Of a DNA stretch of 64,000 bases, positions 13,251 to 41,400 are shown piece by piece (positions within the stretch are counted from its first letter, which is position 1; every line of letters starts with the position of its first letter). The notes under the pieces are model-generated. The model was not told the DNA's origin and ran no database searches. It worked only from the letters and a program-made list of their open reading frames with translations. The translations under genes and the position numbers were made by a program. Source of the DNA: Ylistrum balloti (Eukaryota); NCBI RefSeq assembly GCF_031769215.1, contig NW_026782299.1, positions 3,782,001-3,846,000 on the forward strand, in the 5' to 3' direction.

Positions 13251-15511
13251 ATTAATTTCTATACCAGGTTGTAACGTCACAATTAATGTCCTTCCATGTG
13301 GTTCTCAAAACCTGTCCGATGTGCTAAATTCAAATATTTTGCTTCATACTTTTATTTAAACCAGTAATAGGTTTTCTGTAAATATCTTCACTTCATTGGT
13401 ACATGTTTCTATCTCCTTCGCTTCCGCTCTTCTTTACTTCCTTTATTAAATTTCTTTTCTGTTTTTTATCTCTTCTCGTCTAAAATATATGCATGTAGCA
13501 AATCAAGTTTGAATAAAGCATATACATTTGTGTAGATCTATGTGAAATGTAATTTTTGGGAGAATGCGTTTCTAAGTTGTGATTACTTGTTCCTAATCCC
13601 ATTTGTTATATTTAACAAATAAAATTTGTTTAAATGAAATTATAATTAACATTTTTCTTCAGAAACTGATGTAGATATCTATAATACTCACGTGGGAAAA
13701 TTATTCTATTTTATGATATCAACAAAACATAAATTACACCAAATTATAACAGAAATTTATGTAAATCAGCTGAATTATGTAGAGGATTTCAGCGTGTTTT
13801 TGATAAACATGTGATAAACACATGATTAATTCTAATTAAATTTAGTATTTAGAGCCTGGATAGCTGCGTCTATTTTTTTCTTGTTTAAACAATATCATGA
13901 ATTAGCGCTAAACCTGCTGCCTCCCCTCTCTATAAATCTATCTGTGGTCGTGAAATACGCGTAATATTCTCCGCTCCTTCAAAATTCGCCTCCTAGGTTT
14001 CCAACTTTAAGCCCTTAGCATTACATACAAGTCATATAAGGACAAAGCACCTGTATGCTGCAGTTTCATTTTTTGGTTGTACTAGTATATCTTAATTTGT
14101 ACTGAATTGTTCTCTTCACCATGAGAACCATTGAGCAGTGCGCGGTCGCGCTGTCATCCTACCTTACTTACCTCACATATTAATTATGTATAACATCGGA
14201 CCATCATTAGCATGTACATGCATTAAGTCTGTCATATGGTCGCAACTGTCCGTCAAATGACCACATACATGACTTAAAGAGAAATACAAATGTCCGCATA
14301 ACTGATTTTCTATACTGACCAGTTTAATCAGGATACGGAACACAAGGACAGGACACAACGAGTACCGGGTAAGTTTCATTTTAAGACTATTCTTTATTTT
14401 TACATTATCACAATATGGATGTATGTCAGCAAAGCAGAAATCACCATGTCCTGTATTTTAGCAACTGAGATATAATTAATTGGATCTTGTATATTCAAAT
14501 TCTCAATATAACGAATCTGAATAGATGCAACTTGTTTACTCAGATCTAATCAATTGTAAACCTGGCACCTTTGAATACAATCAAAAATACGATTTTATAA
14601 AGTTTACCTGAATCTATCAGCATATTGAATCGTTTATATATAAAATGTTTGTCACGATAGCAGATAATCTTTTTTGTTATGACAAAGTGTTGCTCCACGG
14701 CGTAAAAAAAATACCATAAATACTTATAATTAACGTACCTGATCAATGTCAAGGTCACAATGAATTCCAGGTATGAACTTTGAGGACAGCATTTATATCT
14801 ATTAGCTTTATTATCATCATTTATGACTGTCAATAGTTGTTCTCGCTGTTTTCGAGTTTTCGTCCCGAGGTTAATTCTACATGTCTGATGGGTCAGAGGT
14901 CAGAGTATACAACTATGTACATGTAGATTGATGAATTACGAGCGTGACTGTTAATATCAGATACGGATAACTGGGCAAAGCATCTTTAGACGTAACAGTA
15001 TCGAGATAAGGTGACCGTGTACCTGAAGGATAAGTATTGTGTCTTATGGTTGGACAGCACGCGTCTTGGCATGTTAAGTCAGATATGCATTGTGTCTTAT
15101 GGTTGGAAAAGGCATTTTGGGACATAACAGTATCGTAATTAGGTGTAAAAGTACAATATGTATAGATGATTATATAACGACATCATACAGTGAGGGATAT
15201 GTATAACATTGCTACATGTCGGAAATGATATTGATTATATGTAGATGAACATGGAATCCATCCGTAAATTGCGATTGATTAAGACATTTTGTAGATATTG
15301 TTTAGCGTAATACACCTCATATACACGGTCCGTTACAATATATTTGGCTCTGCGAAAGATAATGGTGTTGAATGGTCATAGGATTTTGTTTTGATATAAG
15401 AGCGGATAACTTGTCATTTTTAAAACCACATTTATGCTTTAAAATTCAGGGATCGAGACCATATAACAATAATTTGTCGTAAAATTGGATTTTGTTGTTT
15501 TTTGTTTTCAG

Positions 15512-16401
15512 ACACAAAAATATCTATCATGGATATCATTAAATTTGGCGGTTTATCAATATCAAATGTGGTTGCTAACAAGAGTCTTCATCTTTATGAC
15601 AATTACGATTTGATAATGCCGCATTTTGTCAATCAGCGCCATATTGATTACAATATCGGCGAAGAAAATGGACTTCCGGTGCACGTGGGCCATGGATCGT
15701 TTGGTGATGTGTTCCGGATCCGGTTCACGGATGGACGGTGTTCAGACACGAAAATATGTATCAAAGAATTCACAGAGAAGCATGGATCCAAAACAGAGGC
15801 AATTGAAGAGGCAAGAAAATTGTTATATCTTTCCGACACCGGATATGTACCGGTATGTTTTGGACTTGTAGAATTCACAAACCAGGCAAGAAACCAAGAC
15901 AGCTTTGGTATTATTCAAGAATTTATCGGTGAAGGACAGACTCTTCATAGATTTTTGCGCCAAAGTAAAAACAAAATAAGCAAAGCTGATTGGATCAGCA
16001 TAGCGTTTCAACTGGCACGTGGACTTGACAAATTCCATGACAAACGCATACTTGTCAACGATATCAAGGCAAACAATATTGTTATGTATACCCGTAAGCA
16101 AGGTCAAAGATTAAAATACATAGACTTTGGACTAGCTTCTTACCGTTCTGGGCGCGCCTTTCATCCCCCATCAGAAAAACTGGCGCGTTTGCGCCATTTG
16201 GCACCGGAAGTTCGAAAGGGGTTTCGAACAAACGAAACAACAGATGTCTATAGTCTAGGCTGCCTTTTGAGACAGATCAACGTGTACGGAAATATCAAAG
16301 ATCTCCTGCTCATCAGTCATATGTGCACACGAGATGCGCCAAAGATGAGACTTTCGGCACATGCTACTAGACTCCTGATTGAAAACATAGTAGATGAGTG
16401 A
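15512..16401 (+). CDS. Protein kinase; whole catalytic domain in one exon, non-RD VNDIKANN catalytic loop
   Basis: Acceptor tttcag at 15511 or Met at 15529, stop at 16399-16401. Motifs: GHGSFGDV (Gly loop), ICIKEF (VAIK Lys), IEEAR (alphaC Glu), ILVNDIKANN, YIDFGLAS, LAPEV, DVYSLG. Upstream exons could not be resolved. Confidence 0.88.
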
Positions 16402-19400
16402 TTTCAATTTCAATTCTGTAAGAGACCTAGAAACGGTGATATATTGTGTGATATCCGTCAACACTTTCTGAGAGTCATGTAAGGTCATCTTTATAGAAAA
16501 AATATAGCCACTGTTGAACAGTGAAACAATTGAATAAGGTCACAACAAACAACATCCATCTCCACATCTCCTCCAAACACACCTCAAGGTAATGGCTACC
16601 TGTGTCGCTCACTTCACTGTTTTCCATATGCATCCGTGATATGGATTTTTAAGAAGTTGGGAATCTTACTTGGGTTTTCATTCTAAGATGATATCAAATG
16701 GACATCAGAATTTTTTCCATTTTACAGAGCTTCCGGCTGGACAAATTGAAAAAAAAAAACAAAATCTTAACGAGTTTCATAAATCTCAACGTTACAACGT
16801 AACCCTTGTAAACATTCGTGAAAAAACCCCACACAATTGTATTTATTTCATGACATAAAAATGCATATGACGACATGAAGCTATGACGTCACATTGAAAC
16901 AATAGCCAAACACATTTCCCGCTAGGTAATATTATATTTTGGTATGTAATAGGTTTTATACTGATGACAGGATAGTAATGTGCTAAATTTTTATTTGCAA
17001 TTAAAATGAATATTAGCATTTCATTATAATACGAAATTTTCAATATTTTCGTTCTGTCACATTTGTTAATACTAGAAAGACATTGACAAACTTCATATAT
17101 ATACAATTTTATAACGAGTACTAAACTGATATTACGTGAATCCGTTCTCTCCCTTCCGAGTGATATTTTCTAAATAAAATTTCTGACAGTGACATATAAT
17201 TATTATATGTCACTGCTTCTGAGAATTAAAGATTTTTCTTAATACCTACTTCTTATCAAACAACCATCATATCTAAATACGATAACAACAACATACCATG
17301 GTGCTAAACATGATTCAAAGGAAATTTGGAAATCAGATTTTATTGCATGATTTTTGTTTTTTAAGATATTCTATTGCTGATTAAACAGATTGGACACATT
17401 TTCCCCTCTTTTTTAGCCCTTTTCATTACAATATGATATATATAAAATACTTGTATGAATGATATCACCGGAAAGCTTATCATGACACGATTGCACTATA
17501 CGTCACAATGATAAGTTTTGTTTTATTTAGTTGTGTTCATAGTCCCTGTAACAGATTAATGTTTAGGTTGGGTGTTGGGGGTGTTGCCCAGCATTCCACT
17601 GCAATACATTAAGATCGATAGAAGTAATGTTTGATGAAAACTGAGTATTCGAACCCCATAGTCATATGAACCGTGCATTCGAGTGCAAGAGGCGAGAAAC
17701 ACCGCAGCTCGATTTCGGGACTTTGAATAATGTATGTCACATCACTCATATTTATACAAATCTTACATGTAAAATTGGGGGTATCGACACATAACTCAAA
17801 ATCCCGAATCCAAGCTCATTGAAATGCACAATTGCACAAGAATAACGCAGCATTTTGTAAATAGTCATTTCCAAACAAGCGGATTAACGAAGTTGAGAAA
17901 AAATATCACATCGTAAGAAGAAGCGTAGGAAGAAGTATTCTATACATACAACACTATTATTAGGATTTCTATGAAACGAGTAAAATTTTGGGAGAACTAC
18001 AATCTAACCTTGATCCAGCATTGGACACCGAATCCGACGCATCCTATCACCACTATAATAGATAGATGGGACTTTTGTTTTTCTTAGTCTGAGTTTTGAG
18101 GTAGAAGGGTCGGGGTCACACTTTGTGATGTCAGGTAAGTAAATCTAGGAGTCAGTAATTTACGAAATGCGAAAAAAATCATGTACGAATTAAATTGTGT
18201 GACAAGCGATGCCGAGACGAAAGTTAGTAGCAACACTAGTATTGAGGTCAGGAGCTTTGTTATCACGAGAGCTGAGACCTGAAGGAGTTGGGATAAGTTC
18301 ATGAACCATTTTATATAACAGAATTGTATGCTGTTCCATTAGGTAGTTCCCGTGATTAATATATCATTTCAGCACCAATTACTGGAAAGAAGTATAGCGA
18401 GATTTCTGTGACGTGACCGTTAAAAAATATTGGTATTATTCATATTCAGGGAGGGAGGGTGCAATTTCCAAGCACGTTTGAAATGGGTTTCAGCTTTGTA
18501 AGGATCAAAATTGACTAACACTATCATTGTCTGTTTGTGTATTTTAAAGATCGTAATTCAAATTGTTTGCACCTATTCTAGAAGTACAGGGGTTATAGGA
18601 AAGTTTGCGGTCGATGTAATGATCTCATTGGGAAGTATTCTATATCAGTATGCGATGTGAAGTTGGACGTATTTCACGCTGGTTAGTGAAGCTGTTGGTT
18701 TTTTTTCAACCCTTGTTCCCGTTTGCAAATATGTCATAACTTAGTTTCAACTACTTGAACAGACCAAGATTTATTATATGGCGGGTGTCGTCGATGAGGC
18801 GAAAGACGATTACTCTTTTGGAACATCTGGTCTTATTCTCCTAATTGTCACAAATGAGAAAAAAACGAGGACCAAGGATGGAACTTTGTAGAACATCAGT
18901 ATTAATATTAGGCTAATTTCAAGAACAACTTTTATCTCCAGTTATGAAGAAGCCTCGAAATCCTGGTTAGAAAGTTTGCAGAGATGACTCTCGTGCCAAA
19001 CCCGATCGAAATCTTTGCTCAGTAATATCTTAAAAGACTAAGTTTTACCATGACAAGCCAATGCGCTGCAATGGTAACACAGAAAAAGTATTTTCTGAAC
19101 GTACACACCCACATGAAGCCTCACAGCGGGGGCAATCTAAGATCATTGTACATAAACATGAAAACCTAAAGTTGTTTTCAAAAAAAGTTGTTTTTTTCTC
19201 GATGAAATGAATATTTACTAACTGCTTTCGAAAACAAAACTTTACGCGGTCACATTATTGTATTATCATCAGAATCTAAATTATACAATATGTGACTTTT
19301 TATGGTATTTCAGATGCAATGGTGACTGGGTGCCTCACCTCACACTGATCAAATTCCGTTTGATAAACACGTGGATGCTATGCACGGAATAATCTATCTG

Positions 19401-20477
19401 ATTCCGTTCAATTTAATAAGGTATTCCACGCCGGTGAAATATACAATATTTGCCCAATTTCTACATTTCTTTGAAATAAATATATAAATCTTGTTCATCC
19501 AGGGTTCCTTCCTTATCAGATGCTTCTTCCAAACTTTTGGAATGTATTCTTATCAGAGACGTATCGTCTATGCTCATATCAATTATTAATCTGATTAATT
19601 TAAATTTCTTACGTTATTTTCATTAGACCTTACGTAATTCAATGACAATAGGCAACTGTATGTCTGTCTTTCTGTCTGTCTGAATGTATGTACACGTACA
19701 TTTGTATGTATACAAAAACACTAGATATAAGCATATACCATTATATTGGTTGTAGTGTGCTATCTTTTGATGGCGTATTTGTGACCTTTGTCGTTATCAA
19801 TTATCAATATGTTTCTGTCTAATATTTCCGTTAAATATCATCTCATTTTCAGTTTTGTTTACTATCTTTTTAGATTTTCTTAATGAGTATACGTATGCCG
19901 CATATATAAACTACACATGTCCCTGGACATGCCATATTTTACTTTCTATGTATTATCGTTTACCCGTAGAAAGCAGGTGTCCAAGATTTCAAAATTCAAA
20001 TATCGCAAATTCAAATACCATTATGAAAGCAATCGTATTAAAAGACCCCATATGGGCCTCAATTATAGACCTGTCAAAAAGGATCCGGCTACATGCTTCC
20101 CCCGTGAAGTGTGCTTCATTTATACAACTGTGGTTTTTACCTTCGAAAAGCAACTCGATAAGTATGAAAGGCTTATATTTCGCAAACTGTGTACTTTTGA
20201 AATATTTTAGATTTAGAATGTTAGGATAAAGAAAATTAACACTACTTGAACATATTTTTGCTAATAGACTTAAATTTTGTGTTATTTTTGAAATCATTTC
20301 GTTAATAATTTTATTTTGTTATTCTGATAAATACATGAATCTCCTTTGGACCTGCGCAGTGGCAACCATCCTCTGCAAATTCGAAAAAAAAAGTGACAGC
20401 CGCTTCACTAAAGTAAGTTTTCCTGGCAAATTAACGGCACGAACGAATGAGTTGAATATTTCATTCAAATTGACTAT

Positions 20478-34038
<13,561 letters not shown>

Positions 34039-34433
34039 CACTGGCCTCCTTGAGAGAGTGTGTGAAGACTAAAAAAACAGTATTTTGTGTGTGAAAATGT
34101 GCTAGTATATATATTGTATACGTATATATATAAGTTTGGCTGATTCACGTTTATGTGTTTGTTCGAGAAACAAAATGTGTGCACAGGAGGAGAACAAGGA
34201 ATTCACACGAAAATTTCCTGAGCGATTTCTTCATGTGTATTTCACAGAACCATGTGATATCTGCGAAAGACTTTGTGATATCTGTACATAATCAACTGAC
34301 ATTTATTTCTCAATCCCATCTACGTGTGTTTGTGAGTGTATATGTACTTCCCAGGCCTGGTTGTTGGTATTGTCAAAAACAATCTACAACCCTAAACTAA
34401 CTACTAAGTGCCAGTATTGAGGTCAATGGCTGC

Positions 34434-34660
34434 TTCGAGTATGGACACAAGATCTGGACTGCCTTGAGAGTGGATATTAATATCAGATTTATTTTTCATG
34501 GTCACAATCATCATAGATACAGAATTCCAGTTTTTCTGACCGGTGACTACTTCAAGTATGGACACAAGATCTGGACTGCATTGAGTGTGGATATGAATAT
34601 TGGGTCCCATTTTTCATGATCACTGTCATTGTAGATACAGAGTTCCAGTTCTTCTGACCA
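34434..34660. repeat. Diverged 2 x 116-bp tandem duplication 3' of the TENT4 stop
   Basis: cttc(g/a)agtatggacacaagatctggactgc...tagatacaga(a/g)ttccagtt...tctgacc at ~34434 and ~34550. Confidence 0.8.
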
Positions 34661-37600
34661 TTGTAAAAAAAAATTATATAGATAAATTCTTGATAAATCC
34701 CATGGTCATGGATACAGAATTATTGATACAAGCTTCGACTGCGTTGATCAAGGATGTAGGATCCTGGTTTTCGTGATAGATATGACATTGGTTTATACAG
34801 GATCCATTGCAGAATAAAGCACTTGGGCAAGATTGAGAGCAGAGTTGCATGTGTCTTGTTCAACAAACTTCTCTATGAAGACCTTGAATATCACAGTGAA
34901 ATCCACGTGTCCATGAGAATGTGAAGTTAGTGTTCACAATCTGTTCTCGTCCTTAGACGGGGAAGATTTCGCCATGGTGTAATGTTTTGAAAAACAAAAA
35001 AAAAAAATGGCTCTGCTGTTGTCGCAGATTAAAAAAAAAAAGAAAAAAAAGAGAAAACATCAGCCAAGACAATAATCATTTTATTTATGCATATCTTGTA
35101 TCCATGAGTAACTCAGTATGTATTTATGGCAGCATATTGAAGACATCATACTCCATAAGGCATTGTTTCAGAATAGTAATGTATTGATAATCATCAGACT
35201 GTTGAACGGCAGTGTTGACTGGATCAGGTACTGACTGATTGGATAACAGAGTGTATCTGGAGCCATTTTATGTTCCGTATGATGCGTGTGTATGTTTAAG
35301 TGTTTAAGAGAATGATTTGTAAATTTTGTGGTATTGGTATTTTGATGAGAGGTAAGTAATTTGCAAAGGTAATATTTTCTCTGTATTTACAGTCTGAAAA
35401 TATTTTGGATGTAATATCCTGCTGTAGGAAGAAAACAGGTGTGGCAGTTTTTAAGTCGGAAAGAAAAACCATTGAAAATTTCATTTTCAAAGGTTTGCAG
35501 GATATCCACTTACATGAAGTTGGTCATTAAGCTCAGTACTTACTATAGCATATATATAAGGATGATTTTTGTTTTTTTTTTTTTTTTTTGTTTCATCGAT
35601 GACATGGCTATGATTTTGTATATTTGGAAAAATAACATGGATCATGTATATATTTAATGATTCTGTTGATAAAATTCAATAATTTTAGCTATGGGTTGTG
35701 GACACCACTTAGTTTGGCAGTGTTAAGAGGCATTCTACAGATGAGTTTTACCTGTTATCAAAAATGCAATACATGTCATTGAAATTTAAGATTTTTTTTC
35801 CACAACTGGACTCAATTTTGATCAATTTGAATTTATCAAAGGTTTTAAACATGATTTTACTTGGTTTTTTTTAAGTTTTCAAACTGGGAATTTTATGCAA
35901 GAATCTGAAATTTCCATAAAAATAATAAGTTAAAAAATGTTTGTGTACTTTATATATATCCAAGTTGTGAATTTATTGGAGTCCATGTAAATAAGCAGGA
36001 CAATGTTTTGTCAAAATGATTGAGGCATTGCAAATAAAACCGAAGTCGTTCTCAACTAGCAGAACAACTTCTCATGTATAAGCAAAGGTAGTATACTATG
36101 GAACATGTATTTAGAAAAGATTTTTGTACAAAAGAAAAATGATAAAATTAACAAAAAATTTGTTAGATATCTATTTATAGTTATTTGCTTTTTTATAATG
36201 AAAAAAAATCAAAGTGCACATGTGCGTATCAATATGGTAATGAAAAGGAAATTGCAAATAATATATACAAATTGAAATGAGATTTGCATGTAATGACATT
36301 GTTTGGGGGGAATGCATTGTACTTTGTTTTAAATAAATAATATAGATGATAACACCAAGGGAAATTGTATTTTCTTTTGATTAAGATGAAGAAACATCAT
36401 GAAAGACGCTTAAGAAGACAAGGATCTCGATGCTTATGAATACACAGTAGTGTTGCAATGTCTCATTGTGTTGTATAACATGTTTATAAATTTGTATGAT
36501 CTCCTGCCAGACGAAATATGATTTGTGCAATTCAATTCAGTAAAATATCATTTGCAAATGTTGACATGAAACTAATTGATATTATAAAAAAAAGAGATAT
36601 TTGTATTCTGTCAGCTATGTACCGTTTTAAAATGCTGTTTCTTAATAGTACAGGTGGCACAGGTATGAATCTAAATGTGATGAGTGATGGGTGTTAATTT
36701 GAATATGAGATGTGTAAGTAAATGACACAAAAATTTCATTTTAGAAATGAAATTTCAACTCAGTTTGTCAAACAATATCATTCAAATATACATTGCCTGT
36801 TATTAAATTTGAGTTAATTTATACAATTTAATCTGTAGACCTTTCCATTGTCAAACAGCTAATCTTGTAGCAAGGTCTTGATGAAAATATGGCCAAATGT
36901 GGAAACTAAATAATAGGGAAGTTTTTTCCCCTTTTTTTGTAAATTCAATTTGAGAAATGTGTGTAGTATACTTGTACAAACACAAAATTAATATTTTAAT
37001 TTGAAGATTTTTTTATACTTATTGTCAGCTATGTATTCTTGAATGTCTCTCTCCATTGCTGTATACCAGCCTAGTATTATAATGGTGCCAATTACTGTAC
37101 GTAGATACTTGGTATATAAAATGTTGATGTGGGCAGATATTTGGACAATAAAGAAAATATTTGTTTTAATTTAAATATGTACCCAAGCCTGAAGCAAAAT
37201 GTTTGAATTGTTACAAACTATGTGGAGATGAGTAGAAAGCAAATGGTTTTAAAAATGTGTCTGTATTAGTAAAAGACCCTAAATGAGGGCCATGTCTATA
37301 TCTTTTTTGTGTTGTGTTCAATATTTATCAAAGGTAAAAGGTGGATTAATGGAAATTTACAAAATAGATAAAAAAAAAAATCAGAAAAACTATTTTAAAC
37401 TGAACTGGTGTTAGGTCCTATGCAGAAGTGGAGTAGGTTGAAGCCTGGACAGCTGTTCAGTGATCATTGCTGATGAAGGAAGTGTAAATTTTTTGTGATA
37501 CCTGCAATTTTATTGATGATACATAATGATGTTGTTGCCTTCTGTTTTGTTTAAAACATTTATGTTGATACTTTGTGATGAATTGTTGATTTTGTCCCCC

Positions 37601-38399
37601 CTTCTTAATTGTGTTCATATTTAATTTTATTGCAGACTGCAGTAATTGCGATAATTTATGTCTATAGTGACGTCTCGATACACTGCCTTATTGTATGTAT
37701 GTGACATAATTGTAACAGAAAGAAGACAAAAGATCAGATGTTCTCTGTAAATGAAATATAGCTACTGCTCCAGGTTTTTTTCCTCAGATGTATAATAATT
37801 GTCATTTATTTGAATTGTATCATTAGAGGTATATCCTTAGTGATATTCTAAATGTATATATTTTTTTGGTTCAGAGAAACACTAGGTAGACAAAATTGTA
37901 ATGTTGTGAAAGGTATGCTGAAATAGCATTAACATCACATGGGTAAATCACATTCCATATATGGTCACATTGACTGTATTTTAAAATTTCAATATGTTAA
38001 TGTTTTTTTTTTTCTCCAAAAGAACTCCAGTGTTCATATAGTTTCCTTCTGAAATGAATTCAATGACTAGATATATAGACACTTAAGTATTTGTCCGTGA
38101 TACTCAAAACACCGTCAAACTCAACAATGTGAAACAGAAGACCTATGGTTTTTACCAATATCAACTCATAAATGTTAAAGTTCACAAACAATTCTTTAAA
38201 CAGAAATCTGTTGCTCTTAAGTTTGATTATCAACTAATATATATACATTACAGCAGTATTATAAATTCACTGTTTTCTCCATCCGTAAACATCAATGCTA
38301 AAGGAAGGATTGATAATACTGGTGAGAAGTAACTTCTTAACATAGTGCTGTAATGTTACTTGTGCTTGTGCCATATTTTGTGCATTTATTCCACAGGAC

Positions 38400-38438
38400 A
38401 ACACACATATACACACACGCACACACTCACACACACAC
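38400..38438. repeat. Imperfect (CA)n microsatellite
   Basis: acacacatatacacacacgcacacactcacacacacac. Confidence 0.85.
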
Positions 38439-41400
38439 AGCCTGCAGACTTTTCGAGGTTACAATAGCTGTGGTTAAGACTACATTAAGCTTTGAGATTA
38501 AGACTTCATTAAGCTTTAATCTGTTTTGTACTAAACTTATTTCTCAGGGAACCTGCATATTTGAAAAAAAGGATCGTCATCAAAAAATCTGTTTATAAAT
38601 GTCCTGTTTAATTTGTTCAGGGTATTTTCCATTTAGTCTTTAAACATTGTAAAACTATGTTGATAAATACATTCAAGTGCTATAAACACATTATACACTA
38701 GGTGCTCTTGAAAATTAAAAGCTTTAAGTAAATACGTTGTGCAAGTTCTAGTGTGAAGTTAAGTTTTTTGTATAGGACATCTTACGTGTGCATGAAATTA
38801 ACCTTGTAATCAGTAAACTTTAACAAATGCGTTTAAATCTTATGAACAGAGACAAATTTTCACACCTGTGACTGGCTAATCACATGTTTATTTTGTATAA
38901 CAGTTCTCATATCTTTGTTTAAAAGACATATGTTGTGGTATTAAATGTTAAACAGACGAACTCTCAGCTTCCAGTACTCATTTAGAAGAATACTGAATTA
39001 TGGGCATTTGGGGAAAAAAATTTCAAGATTCTATCCCAAAGATGGATCGAAATTTGTTTTCCATAAGTAAAAACTTTTTGTCAATGACTTAGCCATCTTA
39101 CCTCAGACCCTTCCCTCCCTAAAAGGAGAGATATTTGTTATTTGAAGATAAACCCCCTATTATTGATATTTATTTTCTGTTACAAATCATTGATGGAATG
39201 TCTTGTTACCAAGGGTCTGACCTGAACTCATACCAGCGAACATTTTAACTTTCATTTAAAGAAGATTCTCATTTAGACGTAATAGAAAAAGTATGTTATA
39301 TGTATGGAGGGCAAAAAGTGGCATTATGAAATAAACATGTCCAGTTTGTGATCTCATTTAGGATGGTATTTAAGTTGTTAGCATGTTGTGTCCATTTTCA
39401 TGCACAAATTGAGTATTGTAGTAATTATAGAATTAGAAAGGGTTGGTAGGGCCATACTGTTCTATTTTATGCAGTAATTACATTAGTGAAAAGCTGATAA
39501 CTTTTGTAAGGACAGGTCAGAAGTTCAAATAAAAGTTATTATAATATCAGTGATGGTAATATCAGTAGTGAATTATGATGAGAGGAATTACATTCAGTAA
39601 TGATAAATCGGGTCTCTAGAAATCCTGTATTTGCTCATTGTTATTTTCTTATTGTGCCTCGAAGTCTTGTTTTTCATGAACTTTATATTCCTATAGTTCA
39701 TGTTTCAGTTCACTTAAACCTGAACTCTCCCAAATGCATTTTCTTTTACATTGTAAAAGGCTTCTACTTAATTTGTGAGAATTTTTGGGTGTGCTGTGCT
39801 GCTCAAGGTGTTCAGGCAATGGTGAACAGTTGAAGCTACTTTGGCCTATACTTCTTGGGCAACACAAAGCGGTTTTGACAACAAACAATAAGAGAATTTC
39901 CTAATCTAAACAAATGTCAGCCATTGATGGGATTAAATTTGGTTTTAATACCATAGACACCGTCACAGGGACTTGGCTCACATTCCCAACCCAACTGTCT
40001 ATATGTTTTAAATATGGACTTTAGAATGATAGACAAGACCCTGTGGGTACAGTTTCATTCAAGGCAAAAGTCATTAATGTTCATCAGGTGATGGTTGAGA
40101 TATTGTTAGCACTGACTTTTCTACTTATTAACACATGCCAATATTTGACAATCAACAAGTAGCAACAATTTATATTTATTCACTCTTGTTGGAGTGGATT
40201 GAAATGTGTGCACTTCAATCATTGTAAACACATCACAGATATATTCTGATGGTGGAGTGAACTCGTTTGAAATTTGCCAGAAGAGAAAATGATTGAACAA
40301 ATGTATCCATATTTGGAAAGATTTTGATTACCAGACAAAATTCAGGCCAACTGAATTATTGAAATCTGCAAATATAATGAATTCTAAAGTTTAGTTAAAA
40401 CTATTACTCGAAGATAATGTTATGATGTCAGCTGCTTTGGTTCTGAGCTTGTCTTTACAAATTAAAGGTACTGCACATTTTCTCATGTTTCTATGCAGAA
40501 GTTGTGATAGCACATGTTATTTGGCCAAATAGGTTGGAATGAGTATGAACTTAGCTCTGACATATTTTATGCATCCCTGTTCACCTTGGTTGTCTGACAC
40601 AGTCTACATGCAATGTTGTCTCTAAACTCAGTTGTTGACTGTAAAATGGAATTCATAATTTGCCTTGCAGAAACAGTGCTGGCTTAAAGGTTGAAAGTTC
40701 CATTTTGAGGAAAGTTTTTTTATACATATATCTATATATATATATATATTGTGAATGTTTAAATTGTATGATTGTTATTGTTGCCATTGATTATACAATA
40801 ACACTGGTCTTGTATTAGATAACATGTTTTTATTATGTAATCCAAGTGTAGCATTTTGAGTGGTTGGGCTTGTGAGCTCTTGAGAGTGAATGCTGCTTTG
40901 AAGGATGTGTGGAATTAAGCTCTCTACATGAACAATCTGATAAAGGCACACTTAAGAATCTGGTATCTCGAGTTGATCCTGGAATTGGTTAAGTATTGCT
41001 AGGCAATTCTACTTCATGAATGTTCGATGTTCATTTCTGAGTGTTTGGCAAAATATCAAATGATCAGACAGGAGATTTTCTGTCTACATATTGGCTAGAT
41101 ATGTGCTGTTGGGTTTGGAGCCACTTTCCTAAGTAATGCTTATTGTAAGACCAGCTATTAATTGTGAGATAAAAGACAAAGATTCAAGAAACTGGGCCTC
41201 CAGATGTAGCCATGGTAAAAACTATAGAATGTGTGATCAAAGGTACCAACTTGCAACAAAGGCTTTGATTGGTTATATAGTTAAGGATCAAACAACATTT
41301 ATTTAATAGAACTTGTATTGACGATTCTGATTGGTTGTATGGTAGAGCATGTGATGATGAATTTGATTGAGCACATAGTAGAGCATAAAAAGACTTGATT

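Noticed and set aside
17640-17730. B-box-like GGTTCGAATAC on the minus strand (tRNA or SINE?)
   Set aside because: No cloverleaf or convincing A box could be built.
19855-20297. Three overlapping ~100-124 aa ORFs upstream of TENT4
   Set aside because: No recognisable motifs or splice structure. AT-rich promoter-region ORFs are likely chance.
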